A DNA stretch of 64,000 nt from an uncultured Mediterraneibacter sp. (GTDB lineage: Bacteria; Bacillota; Clostridia; Lachnospirales; Lachnospiraceae), in contig CALWMN010000011.1 in the NCBI GenBank assembly GCA_944381935.1, forward strand, positions 14,030 through 78,029. The letters run 5' to 3'. Shown here in pieces: positions 37,400-46,564 of the stretch. Below the pieces are notes generated by a model that was not told where the DNA came from, did not search any database, and worked only from the letters and a program-made list of their open reading frames with translations. The first letter of the stretch is position 1. Every line of letters starts with the position of its first letter. Made by a program: the position numbers and the translations under genes.

Positions 37400-38662
37400 T
37401 TACTCCAGCTTTTCCTCTATCTGAAGCAGGCGGTTGTATTTCCCTGTCCTCTCCGCCCCGCACGGGGCTCCGCACTTAATCTGCCCTGCATGGAACGCTG
37501 CTGCAAGATCCGATATGGCAGTATCCGCCGTCTCTTTCGGGGAATGAGACAGGATCACCCCGTATCCGGCTCTCTGCGCTTCTCTTATCACACCCGCCGT
37601 CCGGGTCAGCGTTTCTGCCCTGTCCATTCTGACCGCAATCGTATTCGCAGCCCCTCTCTGGATTCCTTTTCTCAGTCTTTGGATATCTGATCTGAACAAA
37701 TCTTCTCCCACAATCCTGACCTGCCTGCCGAGTTTCTCTGTAAGTGCCTGCCATCCCTCCCAGTCTTCCCCGCCGAGGGGATCTTCTATCGACCAGATCG
37801 GAAACTCCGCTGCCAGATCTTCATAATATGACGCCATTTCCTTTGAAGTCCGCTCCACACTTCTTCCCTGCCCTCCGTTTTCTTCGGGGAATCTGTATTT
37901 TCCCGTCCCGGCATCATAGAGCCCGGAAGCCGCCGCGTCCAGGGCAATCCCAACATCTCTCCCGAACCTGTACCCTGCCCGTTCCACCGCTTCCCGGATC
38001 AATCTCAGGGCATCCCCTGCTCCGGAAACCGCCGGGGCAAAACTTCCGTCATTGCCGGACGCAGTTACCATCCCTCTGTCTCTGAGCACATTTTTCAATT
38101 CATGGTACACTTCCGTGCAGACGTCCAGCTTCCTGCGGAAGGAACCCCCTTCTGCGGGCATGAGCATAACCGCCCTGATATCAGGCAGATTCTCTGCCCT
38201 GACAACTCCGCCTAACACCTTCATCATCGGAACGGGCAGCTCCCTGGCACTCAGCCCGCCCAGATAGCGGTAAAGAGGGAGCTTTAACGCAGCCGAGGCC
38301 GCATACGCCGATGCCAGTGATATCGCGAGGGCTGCGCCATCCGTGCAGCCCGTTTCCGACCCCCTTCCTTTCAGGAGCGCGCGGTCGATCCTCTCCTGGT
38401 CAAACACATTCATTCCTATCACTACATGGGCAAGGCTGCTGTTGACATTTTCCACCGCCTGTGCCGCCCTCTTTTTATCGTACCTTTGATCTCTTTCTCC
38501 GTATCCGGCTCCTCCCTCTGTCCCCGGCAGCTCTGCCAGGGAAACAGACGCCGTACCCACTGTGTCTTCGCCTGCCAGCACTTCCACCTCCAATGCCGGC
38601 GTACCTTTTGCATCCAGAATTTGCCTGGCATAAATATCCCGGATCAGTAGATGTCTGTCCAT
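37400..38662 (-). CDS. Enolase-like protein with degenerate active site (intact ORF)
   Basis: Full-length enolase scaffold (ARQILD..G.P..EVEV, PLYRYLGG, LPVPMM, IALDAAAS, IEDP, GQIK.G, KYNRLLQIEE), but most catalytic motifs are substituted. Confidence 0.85.
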   Translation of the reverse strand: MDRHLLIRDIYARQILDAKGTPALEVEVLAGEDTVGTASVSLAELPGTEGGAGYGERDQRYDKKRAAQAVENVNSSLAHVVIGMNVFDQERIDRALLKGRGSETGCTDGAALAISLASAYAASAALKLPLYRYLGGLSARELPVPMMKVLGGVVRAENLPDIRAVMLMPAEGGSFRRKLDVCTEVYHELKNVLRDRGMVTASGNDGSFAPAVSGAGDALRLIREAVERAGYRFGRDVGIALDAAASGLYDAGTGKYRFPEENGGQGRSVERTSKEMASYYEDLAAEFPIWSIEDPLGGEDWEGWQALTEKLGRQVRIVGEDLFRSDIQRLRKGIQRGAANTIAVRMDRAETLTRTAGVIREAQRAGYGVILSHSPKETADTAISDLAAAFHAGQIKCGAPCGAERTGKYNRLLQIEEKLE

Positions 38663-38719
38663 GTTTTAAGCCCTCCTTTACAGAGAATTATTATTTCCCT
38701 CTGTCTTTTTCTTAATGCG

Positions 38720-38748
38720 TTGACTTTTCATATTCCAGAGATTACAAT
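38720..38748 (+). promoter_or_regulatory. Promoter for the YitT gene
   Basis: TTGACT-17 bp-TACAAT. Confidence 0.6.
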
Positions 38749-38788
38749 TCGTGTAGATATGTAAGTTTCAGAGGGGAGGAAACGTCAA

Positions 38789-39631
38789 ATGAAAAGCAAA
38801 TTAAAGTATTTTCTTCTTTTGACATTCAGCACACTGATCATGGCAGCGGGCACTTATTTTTTCAAATTTACAAATAATTTTACATTCGGCGGCATCACCG
38901 GCCTTGCAGTCCTCGTGGCAAAAACCGGCCTCATATCCGCCGGTGATTTTAACCTGGTTGCCAGCATGGTCCTGCTGGTGGTCGGTCTCTTCGTCCTGGG
39001 GAAGAAATTCGCGGCGAAAACCGCCTACTGCAGTATCCTGCTCTCGGTCGCGCTTTCCGTCATGGAGCGGCTCTGTCCCCTTGATGCGCCGCTTACCGAC
39101 CAGCCGATGCTGGAGCTGTGCTTTGCCATCGCACTGCCCGCGCTCGGCTCCGCGATTTTGTTTAACATCGGTTCCTCAAGCGGCGGCACCGATATTATCG
39201 CGATGATCCTTAAGAAATATACCAGCTTTGACATCGGGCGCGCCCTGCTTATCACAGACGCTGTGATCACCAGTTTAAGCTTCTTTGTCTTCGATATCAA
39301 AACAGGGCTTTACTCGCTTCTCGGTCTTGCGATCCGCTCTTTCATGGTGGACAACTTTATCGAGAGCTTCAATCTTTCCAAATACTTTACCGTTGTCTGC
39401 GACCATCCCGAGCCGATCTGCGACTTTATCGTCCATACGCTCGTCCGCAGCGCCAGCGTATTTGAGGCAAGGGGCGCTTATTCCGGGAAAAACAAGCATA
39501 TCATCCTGACCGCATTAAACCGCGTCCAGGCAGTGCGGCTCCGCAATTTTATCAAAGAAAACGAGCCCGACGCTTTCATCCTGATCTCCAATACAAGCGA
39601 GATCATAGGGAAGGGATTCCACAGCATATAG
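38789..39631 (+). CDS. YitT-family membrane protein (DUF161/DUF2179)
   Basis: FTFGGITG, SSGGTDIIA, GAYSG, EPDAFI..S. Confidence 0.88.
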   Translation: MKSKLKYFLLLTFSTLIMAAGTYFFKFTNNFTFGGITGLAVLVAKTGLISAGDFNLVASMVLLVVGLFVLGKKFAAKTAYCSILLSVALSVMERLCPLDAPLTDQPMLELCFAIALPALGSAILFNIGSSSGGTDIIAMILKKYTSFDIGRALLITDAVITSLSFFVFDIKTGLYSLLGLAIRSFMVDNFIESFNLSKYFTVVCDHPEPICDFIVHTLVRSASVFEARGAYSGKNKHIILTALNRVQAVRLRNFIKENEPDAFILISNTSEIIGKGFHSI

Positions 39632-39681
39632 GATTTCCCTGTACCAGAATCACATTCACATACCAGACAGGAGAATAAATT

Positions 39682-41880
39682 ATGAAGCATCTTGTAATCG
39701 CAGAAAAGCCATCCGTGGCAAGGGACATCGCGCGCGTCCTTAGCTGCGGGAAGAAAACCGGTTCCTATATGGAAGGAAAAGACTATATCGTCACATGGGC
39801 GCTGGGTCATCTTGTCACCCTGGCAGACCCGGAACAGTACGGCGAACAGTACAAAACCTGGAGCATGGACACGCTTCCCATGCTGCCAGAGCACTGGAAG
39901 CTGGTCGTGATCAGGCAGACTTCAAAGCAGTATCATGCCATAAAGGAACAATTATTCCGAAAGGATGTGTCTGACGTTATCATTGCCACCGACGCCGGCA
40001 GGGAAGGCGAGCTTGTCGCACGCTGGATCCTGGACAAGGCAGGGAGCCAGAAGCCGGTGAAGCGCCTGTGGATCTCCTCTGTCACGGACAGGGCGATCCG
40101 GGAGGGTTTTGCACATCTGCGCCCCGGCAAAGAGTATGAAGCTCTCTATCATGCCGCAGTCGCCCGCGCCAAATCGGACTGGGTAGTCGGCATCAACGCC
40201 ACCCGCGCCTTGACGTGCAAATATAACGCCCAGCTCTCCTGCGGAAGGGTCCAGACCCCGACTCTTGCCATGATCGCTGCCCGGGAGGATGAGATCCGGA
40301 GATTTAAACCTCAGTCTTATTACGGGCTGAAGGCTTCCGCAGGAAAAATCACGTTCACCTGGACGGATGGAAAAACAAATTCCGGCCGTACCTTTGACCG
40401 GGAACGGATCAACTCCATCTATCATGGCGCAAATGGAAGGCTCCACATCACGGAAGTGAAAAAGAGGGCAAAAAAGAGCTTCTCCCCCGCCCTGTACGAC
40501 CTGACAGAGCTTCAGAGAGAGGCAAACTTAAGATACGGCTATCCGGCAAAGACCACGCTCAACATCATGCAGCGTCTGTATGAAAACCACAAGGTCCTCA
40601 CCTATCCCCGCACAGACTCCCGCTATCTCACAACGGATATGGTCGGGACACTGAAAGAACGCCTCAAAGCGTGTGCGGTCGGGCCATACCGGAAGGCGGC
40701 AGCACGTCTTTCCATGCAGGATATAAAGGGAAACAAATCGTTCGTGGACGACGCAAAGGTATCCGACCACCACGCGATCATCCCCACAGAGCAGTTTGTC
40801 CAGCTTGAACACATGAGCAGCGATGAGAGGAAGATCTATGATATGGTAGTCCGCCGGTTCCTGGCAGTCCTGTCCCCTGCGTGTGAATATGAAGAGACCT
40901 CCCTTGCCGGAACAATCGGAAATGAAACCTTCCGGGCAAAGGGAAATGTGATCCGAAACGCCGGATGGAAAGAGATGTACGAGACCGGATGGCAGGATAT
41001 GGAAGATGAGGATACCGGGGAAAGCCCTGATTTTTCCGTCTCAGCTCTTTCCGGGATCAGGGAAGGGGATGACCTGGACGTCACAGCGCTCAATATCACG
41101 GAAGGAAAGACAAAGCCGCCCGCCTATTTTACAGAGGGCACCCTCATCGCTGCTATGGAGAATCCTGTCAAATACCTGGAACAACGGGAGAAACAGATCG
41201 TCCATACATTGGGAGAAACCGGCGGACTTGGGACTGTCGCCACCAGGGCGGATATCATCGAAAAGCTGTTCAACAGCTTTCTCATGGAGAAGAAGGGAAA
41301 TGAGATCCATATCACATCCAAGGGGCGGCAGCTCCTCTCCCTTGTTCCCTCAGACTTAAAGAGCCCGAAGCTCACTGCGCAGTGGGAGCTGAGGCTCCAG
41401 GCAATCGCCCGGGGGAAAGAGTCCGAGCAGAAGTTCATGTCTGAGATCGAGGATTACACCAGGGCGCTGATCCGGGAAATCCGCACCGCCTCAGGCTCCT
41501 TCCGCCACGATAACCTGACCCGGCACAAGTGCCCCCGGTGCCAGAAATTTATGCTGGAGGTCAATGGAAAGCACGGAAAAATGCTCGTCTGCCAGGACCG
41601 GGAATGTGGGTACCGCGAGACAATTTCCCGGCACACCAACGCCCGCTGCCCGGTCTGCCATAAGAAAATGGAACTGATCGGAAAAGGGGACGGGCAGCGC
41701 TTCGTCTGCTCCTGCGGACACAAGGAAAAGCTCTCCGCCTTCCAGGAACGCCGGAATAAGGAGGGCAAGGGAGTCAGCAGACGGGACATCGCCAACTATA
41801 TGAAGAAACAGGCAAAAGAGGCGGATACCCCGATCAACACAGCATTCGCAGATGCCCTGAAAAACCTGAAAGGATCATAA
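39682..41880 (+). CDS. topB: DNA topoisomerase III
   Basis: IAEKPSVA, ATDAGREGE, SCGRVQTPT, catalytic LTYPRTDS, HHAIIPT, GLGTVATR, C-terminal zinc ribbons. Confidence 0.93.
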   Translation: MKHLVIAEKPSVARDIARVLSCGKKTGSYMEGKDYIVTWALGHLVTLADPEQYGEQYKTWSMDTLPMLPEHWKLVVIRQTSKQYHAIKEQLFRKDVSDVIIATDAGREGELVARWILDKAGSQKPVKRLWISSVTDRAIREGFAHLRPGKEYEALYHAAVARAKSDWVVGINATRALTCKYNAQLSCGRVQTPTLAMIAAREDEIRRFKPQSYYGLKASAGKITFTWTDGKTNSGRTFDRERINSIYHGANGRLHITEVKKRAKKSFSPALYDLTELQREANLRYGYPAKTTLNIMQRLYENHKVLTYPRTDSRYLTTDMVGTLKERLKACAVGPYRKAAARLSMQDIKGNKSFVDDAKVSDHHAIIPTEQFVQLEHMSSDERKIYDMVVRRFLAVLSPACEYEETSLAGTIGNETFRAKGNVIRNAGWKEMYETGWQDMEDEDTGESPDFSVSALSGIREGDDLDVTALNITEGKTKPPAYFTEGTLIAAMENPVKYLEQREKQIVHTLGETGGLGTVATRADIIEKLFNSFLMEKKGNEIHITSKGRQLLSLVPSDLKSPKLTAQWELRLQAIARGKESEQKFMSEIEDYTRALIREIRTASGSFRHDNLTRHKCPRCQKFMLEVNGKHGKMLVCQDRECGYRETISRHTNARCPVCHKKMELIGKGDGQRFVCSCGHKEKLSAFQERRNKEGKGVSRRDIANYMKKQAKEADTPINTAFADALKNLKGS

Positions 41881-42366
41881 GACATAATAGTGGGGGATAA
41901 TATCTTCATAGTGCCCGTCCTTCATGCGGAATCCGCCCGGAATCACCCCGAGCTGTACGAACCCCAGCTTCTGATACAGTTTCAGGGCATATGTATTGCT
42001 TCGGACTACCGCATTGAACTGCATGATCTGAAAGCCAAGCTCTTTTGCGGTTTTCAGGCAGTGCGTGACAAGGGTTTCCCCGATGCGGTTTCCTCTCAGG
42101 TCCGCCCTCACGGCATAGCTTGCGTTGCAGATATGGCCGCATCTTCCGACATTATTGGGATGCAGGATATACAGACCTGTGATTTCGCCGGTCCCGGCGT
42201 CATATGCAATCCCCGTATAGGACTGTTCCATGAAAAATTTTCTTCCCGCCTCCTCCGTCAGTATTTCTTCCTGGGGAAACGCGACGCCTTCTTCCACCAC
42301 CTGGTTCCAGATAGCGGCAGCCGCCGCAGTATCTTTTGCTTCATACTGTCTTACTTCTGTCTTCAT
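41875..42366 (-). CDS. GNAT-family N-acetyltransferase
   Basis: YILHPNNVGRCGHICNASY, RGNRIG, QFNAVV..N..A..LY.KLGF; ATG 42366 follows AGGAGG (ORF track start 42603 overlaps the next gene). Confidence 0.9.
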   Translation of the reverse strand: MKTEVRQYEAKDTAAAAAIWNQVVEEGVAFPQEEILTEEAGRKFFMEQSYTGIAYDAGTGEITGLYILHPNNVGRCGHICNASYAVRADLRGNRIGETLVTHCLKTAKELGFQIMQFNAVVRSNTYALKLYQKLGFVQLGVIPGGFRMKDGHYEDIIPHYYVL

Positions 42367-42449
42367 CTTCCTGTCCTCCTCATATAAAATCGGTGCATCC
42401 AGTATATCATACCGGGATGCACCGTCTTTGACAAGATTATTCTTTTCTT

Positions 42450-43097
42450 TTAATGGAAGTAATGATCCCCGATCTGTGTTCCCCAGCCGCCTGTGCTGAA
42501 ATAGAGACATTCGCCCACGGGATTGCTTCCTGCAAGGGCATCTTCTGCCGCCTGCATGGCAGAATCTGTATATCCGCCGCTTGCGAGCACAGAATCGAGC
42601 CATCCCGTCATCGCCGGGGTAAACTGCCCGGACTGGTAAATCACATCCGAAATCGTATTCGGGTAAGCGCTGCTGTTCACACGGTTCATGACCACTGCCC
42701 CGACCGCCACCTGCCCTTCATAGGGCTGGTTTCCAGCCTCGCAGAAAATCAGGGCTGCCAGCAGCTCTTTATCCGCCTGCGCCGCGGCTTCTGCCGCCGC
42801 TTTCTCGGCTGCCAGGCGTGCCGCTTCCTCTGCCGCCTTTCTCTCCTCCTCCTGTTTTTTGATATAAGCCTGCTGCGCTTCTTCTGCGGAAGCTTTTGTA
42901 TCCGCAAGGACATTCTGCTGCAGTCCGCCTGCTATCTCGGAAATTCCCCATTCTGCCGTCTGTTCTTCTGACACTGCCGGCTGAAGCTCGGGCGGCCCTG
43001 CCTCTGCCGCCAGGCTAGTAAAGCCTGTCAGGATCGTCATACTTGTTGCGGCGGCATACAAAGACATAAGAATCCGCCTGTTTTTGTGTTGTTTCAT
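42450..43097 (-). CDS. Cell wall hydrolase, SleB/Hydrolase_2 family
   Basis: Signal peptide, Ala/Glu coiled-coil linker, LLAALIFCEAG, GQVAVGAVVMNRV, VIYQSGQF, CLYF, IGDHYF. Confidence 0.9.
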   Translation of the reverse strand: MKQHKNRRILMSLYAAATSMTILTGFTSLAAEAGPPELQPAVSEEQTAEWGISEIAGGLQQNVLADTKASAEEAQQAYIKKQEEERKAAEEAARLAAEKAAAEAAAQADKELLAALIFCEAGNQPYEGQVAVGAVVMNRVNSSAYPNTISDVIYQSGQFTPAMTGWLDSVLASGGYTDSAMQAAEDALAGSNPVGECLYFSTGGWGTQIGDHYFH

Positions 43098-43303
43098 ATA
43101 CTCCTCCTCTTAACAGATCCGTAATAGTTGCAATTTTTTTACATTTGTCTTACTTAAAATATATGCATTTGGTTTCGTTTTTATTACAAATATTACAAAA
43201 TTGTTACGGGAGCTATTCTATTATAAAATGATTGTTTTGTCAACTTTTTTATTTCTGTTTGACACTTTTCCCCCTTTGCAGCATAAGTGATTTTCTCACT
43301 TCA

Positions 43304-43331
43304 TTGACAAATCGGGGAGCTTTGCTATATT
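43304..43331 (+). promoter_or_regulatory. Promoter for the methyltransferase-endonuclease pair
   Basis: TTGACA-16 bp-TATATT; AAGGAG SD before ATG 43361. Confidence 0.55.
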
Positions 43332-43360
43332 ATTTATAGATTGCCAAGGAGAAGGATACG

Positions 43361-44494
43361 ATGAAAACTATTGATTTGTTTGCAGGGGCAGGCGGAATCA
43401 CAGAAGGTTTCCGCAAAGCCGGATACACCTGCGTATGCGCCAATGATTTTGACGAGGAAGCCAGGCATACTTTTACATACAATCATCCTGCCGTTCCATA
43501 TGTCCTGAAGGATATCAGGGAGGTGGCTGCCGAAGAGCTGCTGGCAGAAGCGGGCTGTTCAGCCGGGGAGATTGATGTGATCACCGGAGGTCCTCCATGC
43601 CAGGGATTTAGCCTGGCAGGGCAGCGGCTGTCAGATGATCCGAGAAATATGTTATTCCGGGAATATATCAGGATCTCAGAAGATATTCAGCCGAAAGTAA
43701 TTTTTTTCGAGAATGTGAACGGTATCATGAACATGCAGGGCGGCAAGGTGCTAAATGCAATTGTAACTGAGTTTGAAAAAATCGGTTACAATTGCAAATT
43801 TGATATAGTAAATGCGGCAGATTACGGCGTCCCGCAGGCACGTCCCCGCTTTGTGCTTATCGGCGTGAGAGGCTTTGATAAAGAGATTACATTTCCCGAA
43901 CCGACTCATGGGAAAACCGATGAGGGCGGGCAATTAGAATTATTTAAAAAAAGGCTCCTGCCATATGTGACAGTCCATGATGCATTTTCCAATCTGCCTG
44001 TCATTGGCCAGGGAGAAGGCGCCGAAGAAATGCCTGCTGCCGCTTACTGGGAAAACGATTATCAAAAGAACTGTGTTGGCGAACGCAATCCCGGAGTCAT
44101 ATATAATCATCGTGCGACAAGACATTCCAAAAAGATACAGGAAAGATATGCCATGATACCGCAGGGATGCAATAACTCGGTTTTGCCTTTGGAGATAAGA
44201 ACGAAAAAGCAAAATGCATATAAACTGGACTTATCTTTGCCCGGAAGGACAGTTACCTGTAATTTTAGGACAGATTTAATCCATCCTGTCATGAACAGGG
44301 GATTAACGGTGAGAGAAGCGGCGAGATTACAGTCTTTTGACGATGATTACTGCTTTTTTGGAAATCTGACCAGAAAGGCAAAATGGCTGACGCAGGATGA
44401 TCAGGTGGGGAATGCAGTTCCGCCGTTGCTGGCATATGCGTTTGCAAAACATATAAAAGAGTTCATTATCCCCCAATTTGAAAAGGAGAAATAA
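43361..44494 (+). CDS. DNA (cytosine-5)-methyltransferase
   Basis: Motif I DLFAGAGG, IV GGPPCQGFS, VI ENV, VIII QARPR, IX REAARLQSF, X QVGNAVPP. Confidence 0.97.
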   Translation: MKTIDLFAGAGGITEGFRKAGYTCVCANDFDEEARHTFTYNHPAVPYVLKDIREVAAEELLAEAGCSAGEIDVITGGPPCQGFSLAGQRLSDDPRNMLFREYIRISEDIQPKVIFFENVNGIMNMQGGKVLNAIVTEFEKIGYNCKFDIVNAADYGVPQARPRFVLIGVRGFDKEITFPEPTHGKTDEGGQLELFKKRLLPYVTVHDAFSNLPVIGQGEGAEEMPAAAYWENDYQKNCVGERNPGVIYNHRATRHSKKIQERYAMIPQGCNNSVLPLEIRTKKQNAYKLDLSLPGRTVTCNFRTDLIHPVMNRGLTVREAARLQSFDDDYCFFGNLTRKAKWLTQDDQVGNAVPPLLAYAFAKHIKEFIIPQFEKEK

Positions 44495-44496
44495 TT

Positions 44497-45357
44497 ATGG
44501 CGGTTTCACCATCACATCAGTTAGGCGAAGCAATCGGTGATTTTTTTGAATTTGCAATCATCCAGTATCTCAATCCCATAGTGTCCCAAAAAGGGTATTA
44601 TCTGGATTATAAGCATCCCCGCCCTGCACGGGGTAACAGGCGAGAGGTGACAGGGATCGATCTTAACGGAAACAAACACAAGTTAGACATCGTTGTTGAG
44701 AAGGGCGGATCAGAGACGCATGCCGGTGTTCCAAAAGCATTTATTGAAATGGCATGGAGACGATATGTCAAACATTCTAAAAATAAAGTCCAGGAAATCG
44801 CCGGTGCAATCCTCCCGCTGGTTGAAACACATGCGAAGGATATGCCATTTTATGCGGCTGTTCTTGCAGGAGAGTTTACCGAAAATGCTTTAACTCAATT
44901 GAAGTCACAAGGGTTTTATGTGGTTTATTTCACTTATGAGGAGATATGCAGTTTGTTTGAATCGGTAGGATTATCCATTCATTGGGAAGAAAGCACCAGC
45001 GAGTCAGACATTCAGGACATCGTTGATTCGTTTCATGCATTGGATGAGAAAGACAGAGACAGGCTGCTTCAATGCTTCTTTATAAATTTCAGGGACAGGC
45101 TTGAAAATCTTACGCAGGCGCTGTGCGAGTCATTAAATACGACTATTTCGGAGATAGTAGTTGTCCCCGTTCATGGCATTGCACAGGCACTGGCTTCTAT
45201 TGAAGACGCCGTGGAGTTTGTCCTGGGATATGATGAAGCATCGGCAACGCCCATTTTGCGGTATGAAATTGTGGTCAGATACAGCAATGGTGATGAATAC
45301 ACAATGAAGTGTACGAACAAAACCAAAGCGGTCCAGTTTCTTAAGCAATATATCTAA
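44497..45357 (+). CDS. Putative type II restriction endonuclease (PD-(D/E)XK-like)
   Basis: Starts 2 bp after the C5-MTase; LDIVVE...FIEMAW spacing resembles a nuclease core; no recognisable named family. Confidence 0.55.
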   Translation: MAVSPSHQLGEAIGDFFEFAIIQYLNPIVSQKGYYLDYKHPRPARGNRREVTGIDLNGNKHKLDIVVEKGGSETHAGVPKAFIEMAWRRYVKHSKNKVQEIAGAILPLVETHAKDMPFYAAVLAGEFTENALTQLKSQGFYVVYFTYEEICSLFESVGLSIHWEESTSESDIQDIVDSFHALDEKDRDRLLQCFFINFRDRLENLTQALCESLNTTISEIVVVPVHGIAQALASIEDAVEFVLGYDEASATPILRYEIVVRYSNGDEYTMKCTNKTKAVQFLKQYI

Positions 45358-45363
45358 ACACCG

Positions 45364-45398
45364 GAAAACAGACGTTTGCCGAGGGAATCTGTTTTTTC
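45364..45398. terminator. Terminator between the R-M pair and ribU
   Basis: AAAACAGA / TCTGTTTT arms followed by a T tract. Confidence 0.55.
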
Positions 45399-45427
45399 AA
45401 AAATCTTTTCGCCATCTGCCAGTCTTA

Positions 45428-46054
45428 TTAACGCATCCTGAAGATCGGGCTGATCTTTTTATAGATGAGAAATACGACCACAGATACCAGGATTCCCTTC
45501 AGAAGGTTGAAGGGTGCAACGGCAAACATGACAAACGTAGTCAGGCTTGTGATGGCGGGATTGACTGCGGTTCCCATCTCCACAAGGGCATCAATCGGCA
45601 TCCCGAATGCCGCCGCATACGTCGGCAGAAGGACAAATGCGTTGATCACGCAGCCAAGCACCGTCATGACCACTGTTCCCGTGATCATGCCGATCAGGGC
45701 GCTCTTCCTTGTCCTGTTACGCCTGTAGATGAGTCCTGCCGGAACACAGAGCGCGCAGCCCATCACAAAGTTCGCAAGCTCTCCGACTCCCGCCGTCTGG
45801 GTGCCTGTGATGACAAAGTTCAGCAGGATCTTGATCAGCTCGATCACCGCTCCCGCAAACGGTCCCATCGCAAAGCATCCTACCATGACAGGGACTTCGC
45901 TGAAATCAATCTCGTAAAATGACGGTGCGAACGGAAGCGGAATCTCAAACAGCATAAGCACCATCGCTGCCGCTGCCAGCATCCCGATCTTCACGATCGC
46001 CCTGACTCCAAGCTTTGGTTCTGAAGTGACGATTGTTTTAGTTTCTGTACTCAT
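45428..46054 (-). CDS. ribU: ECF transporter S component, riboflavin (RibU-like)
   Basis: EIDFSEVP, GELANF, FNLLKG; lies downstream of an FMN riboswitch; ATG 46054 (ORF track start 46219 lies in the leader). Confidence 0.88.
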   Translation of the reverse strand: MSTETKTIVTSEPKLGVRAIVKIGMLAAAAMVLMLFEIPLPFAPSFYEIDFSEVPVMVGCFAMGPFAGAVIELIKILLNFVITGTQTAGVGELANFVMGCALCVPAGLIYRRNRTRKSALIGMITGTVVMTVLGCVINAFVLLPTYAAAFGMPIDALVEMGTAVNPAITSLTTFVMFAVAPFNLLKGILVSVVVFLIYKKISPIFRMR

Positions 46055-46171
46055 TTTTACCTCTCCTTTTTTTCCCGCACAAGCGGATGATTGTTTCTGC
46101 ATTTTGTGCAGATCCATAATTTGAAAAAAGGAAATCTTCCAGGAAATCCCGTCATGTTGAGGAACAATCAT

Positions 46172-46198
46172 AAAAAATCCCGAACCAAAAGGTCCGGG
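46172..46198 (-). terminator. Riboswitch expression-platform terminator
   Basis: Minus strand CCCGGACC-TTTT-GGTTCGGG-ATTTTTT. Confidence 0.75.
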
Positions 46199-46253
46199 GT
46201 CATTCACTCTCAATGGCATTTTTACTGAACCTGTTCAGGTTCAGTAAATCAGA

Positions 46254-46386
46254 AATTTCTTCTCTCATCCAGACTATACTGTCGGTACCGGAATCCCCTC
46301 CTGTGAGAGTCACCGGTTCAGCCGCTTTGGCAGCGGGTCGCGGACTATACCGCCGGTTGGGACTTGCACCCGACCCCGAAGATTTA
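46254..46386 (-). ncRNA. FMN riboswitch (RFN element)
   Basis: Minus strand TCTTCGGGGTCGGGTGCAAGTCCCAACCGGCGGTATAGTCCGCGA...CCGACAGTATAGTCTGGATGAGAGAAGA matches the RFN consensus. Confidence 0.97.
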
Positions 46387-46404
46387 ATTCTTTTTCCACG
46401 TATT

Positions 46405-46433
46405 AATATAACTCTTTACAGTTAGGATTTCAA
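46405..46433 (-). promoter_or_regulatory. Promoter for the FMN leader and ribU
   Basis: TTGAAA-17 bp-TATATT just upstream of the aptamer. Confidence 0.65.
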
Positions 46434-46564
46434 GAGTTTATGAAAAAATTCCGAAAATATAGAATGTCGATGTTAAATTTCACATTTTCTTATCTGTTTG
46501 TTCATAATCCATTCAAAACTTGATCACACTTTTTACACAACTATTTTTTATACTATAATTGTTC

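Noticed and set aside
37400-38662. Annotating this gene as functional eno, or as a pseudogene
   Set aside because: The catalytic residues are missing, so it is not eno. There is no frameshift or internal stop, so it is not called a pseudogene.
39682-41880. topB as a marker of a conjugative element
   Set aside because: The flanking genes (YitT, GNAT) are chromosomal, and no relaxase, T4SS or integrase is present.
42367-42603. N-terminal extension of the GNAT ORF overlapping the SleB-like gene
   Set aside because: A strong AGGAGG precedes ATG 42366, so the extension is an artefact.
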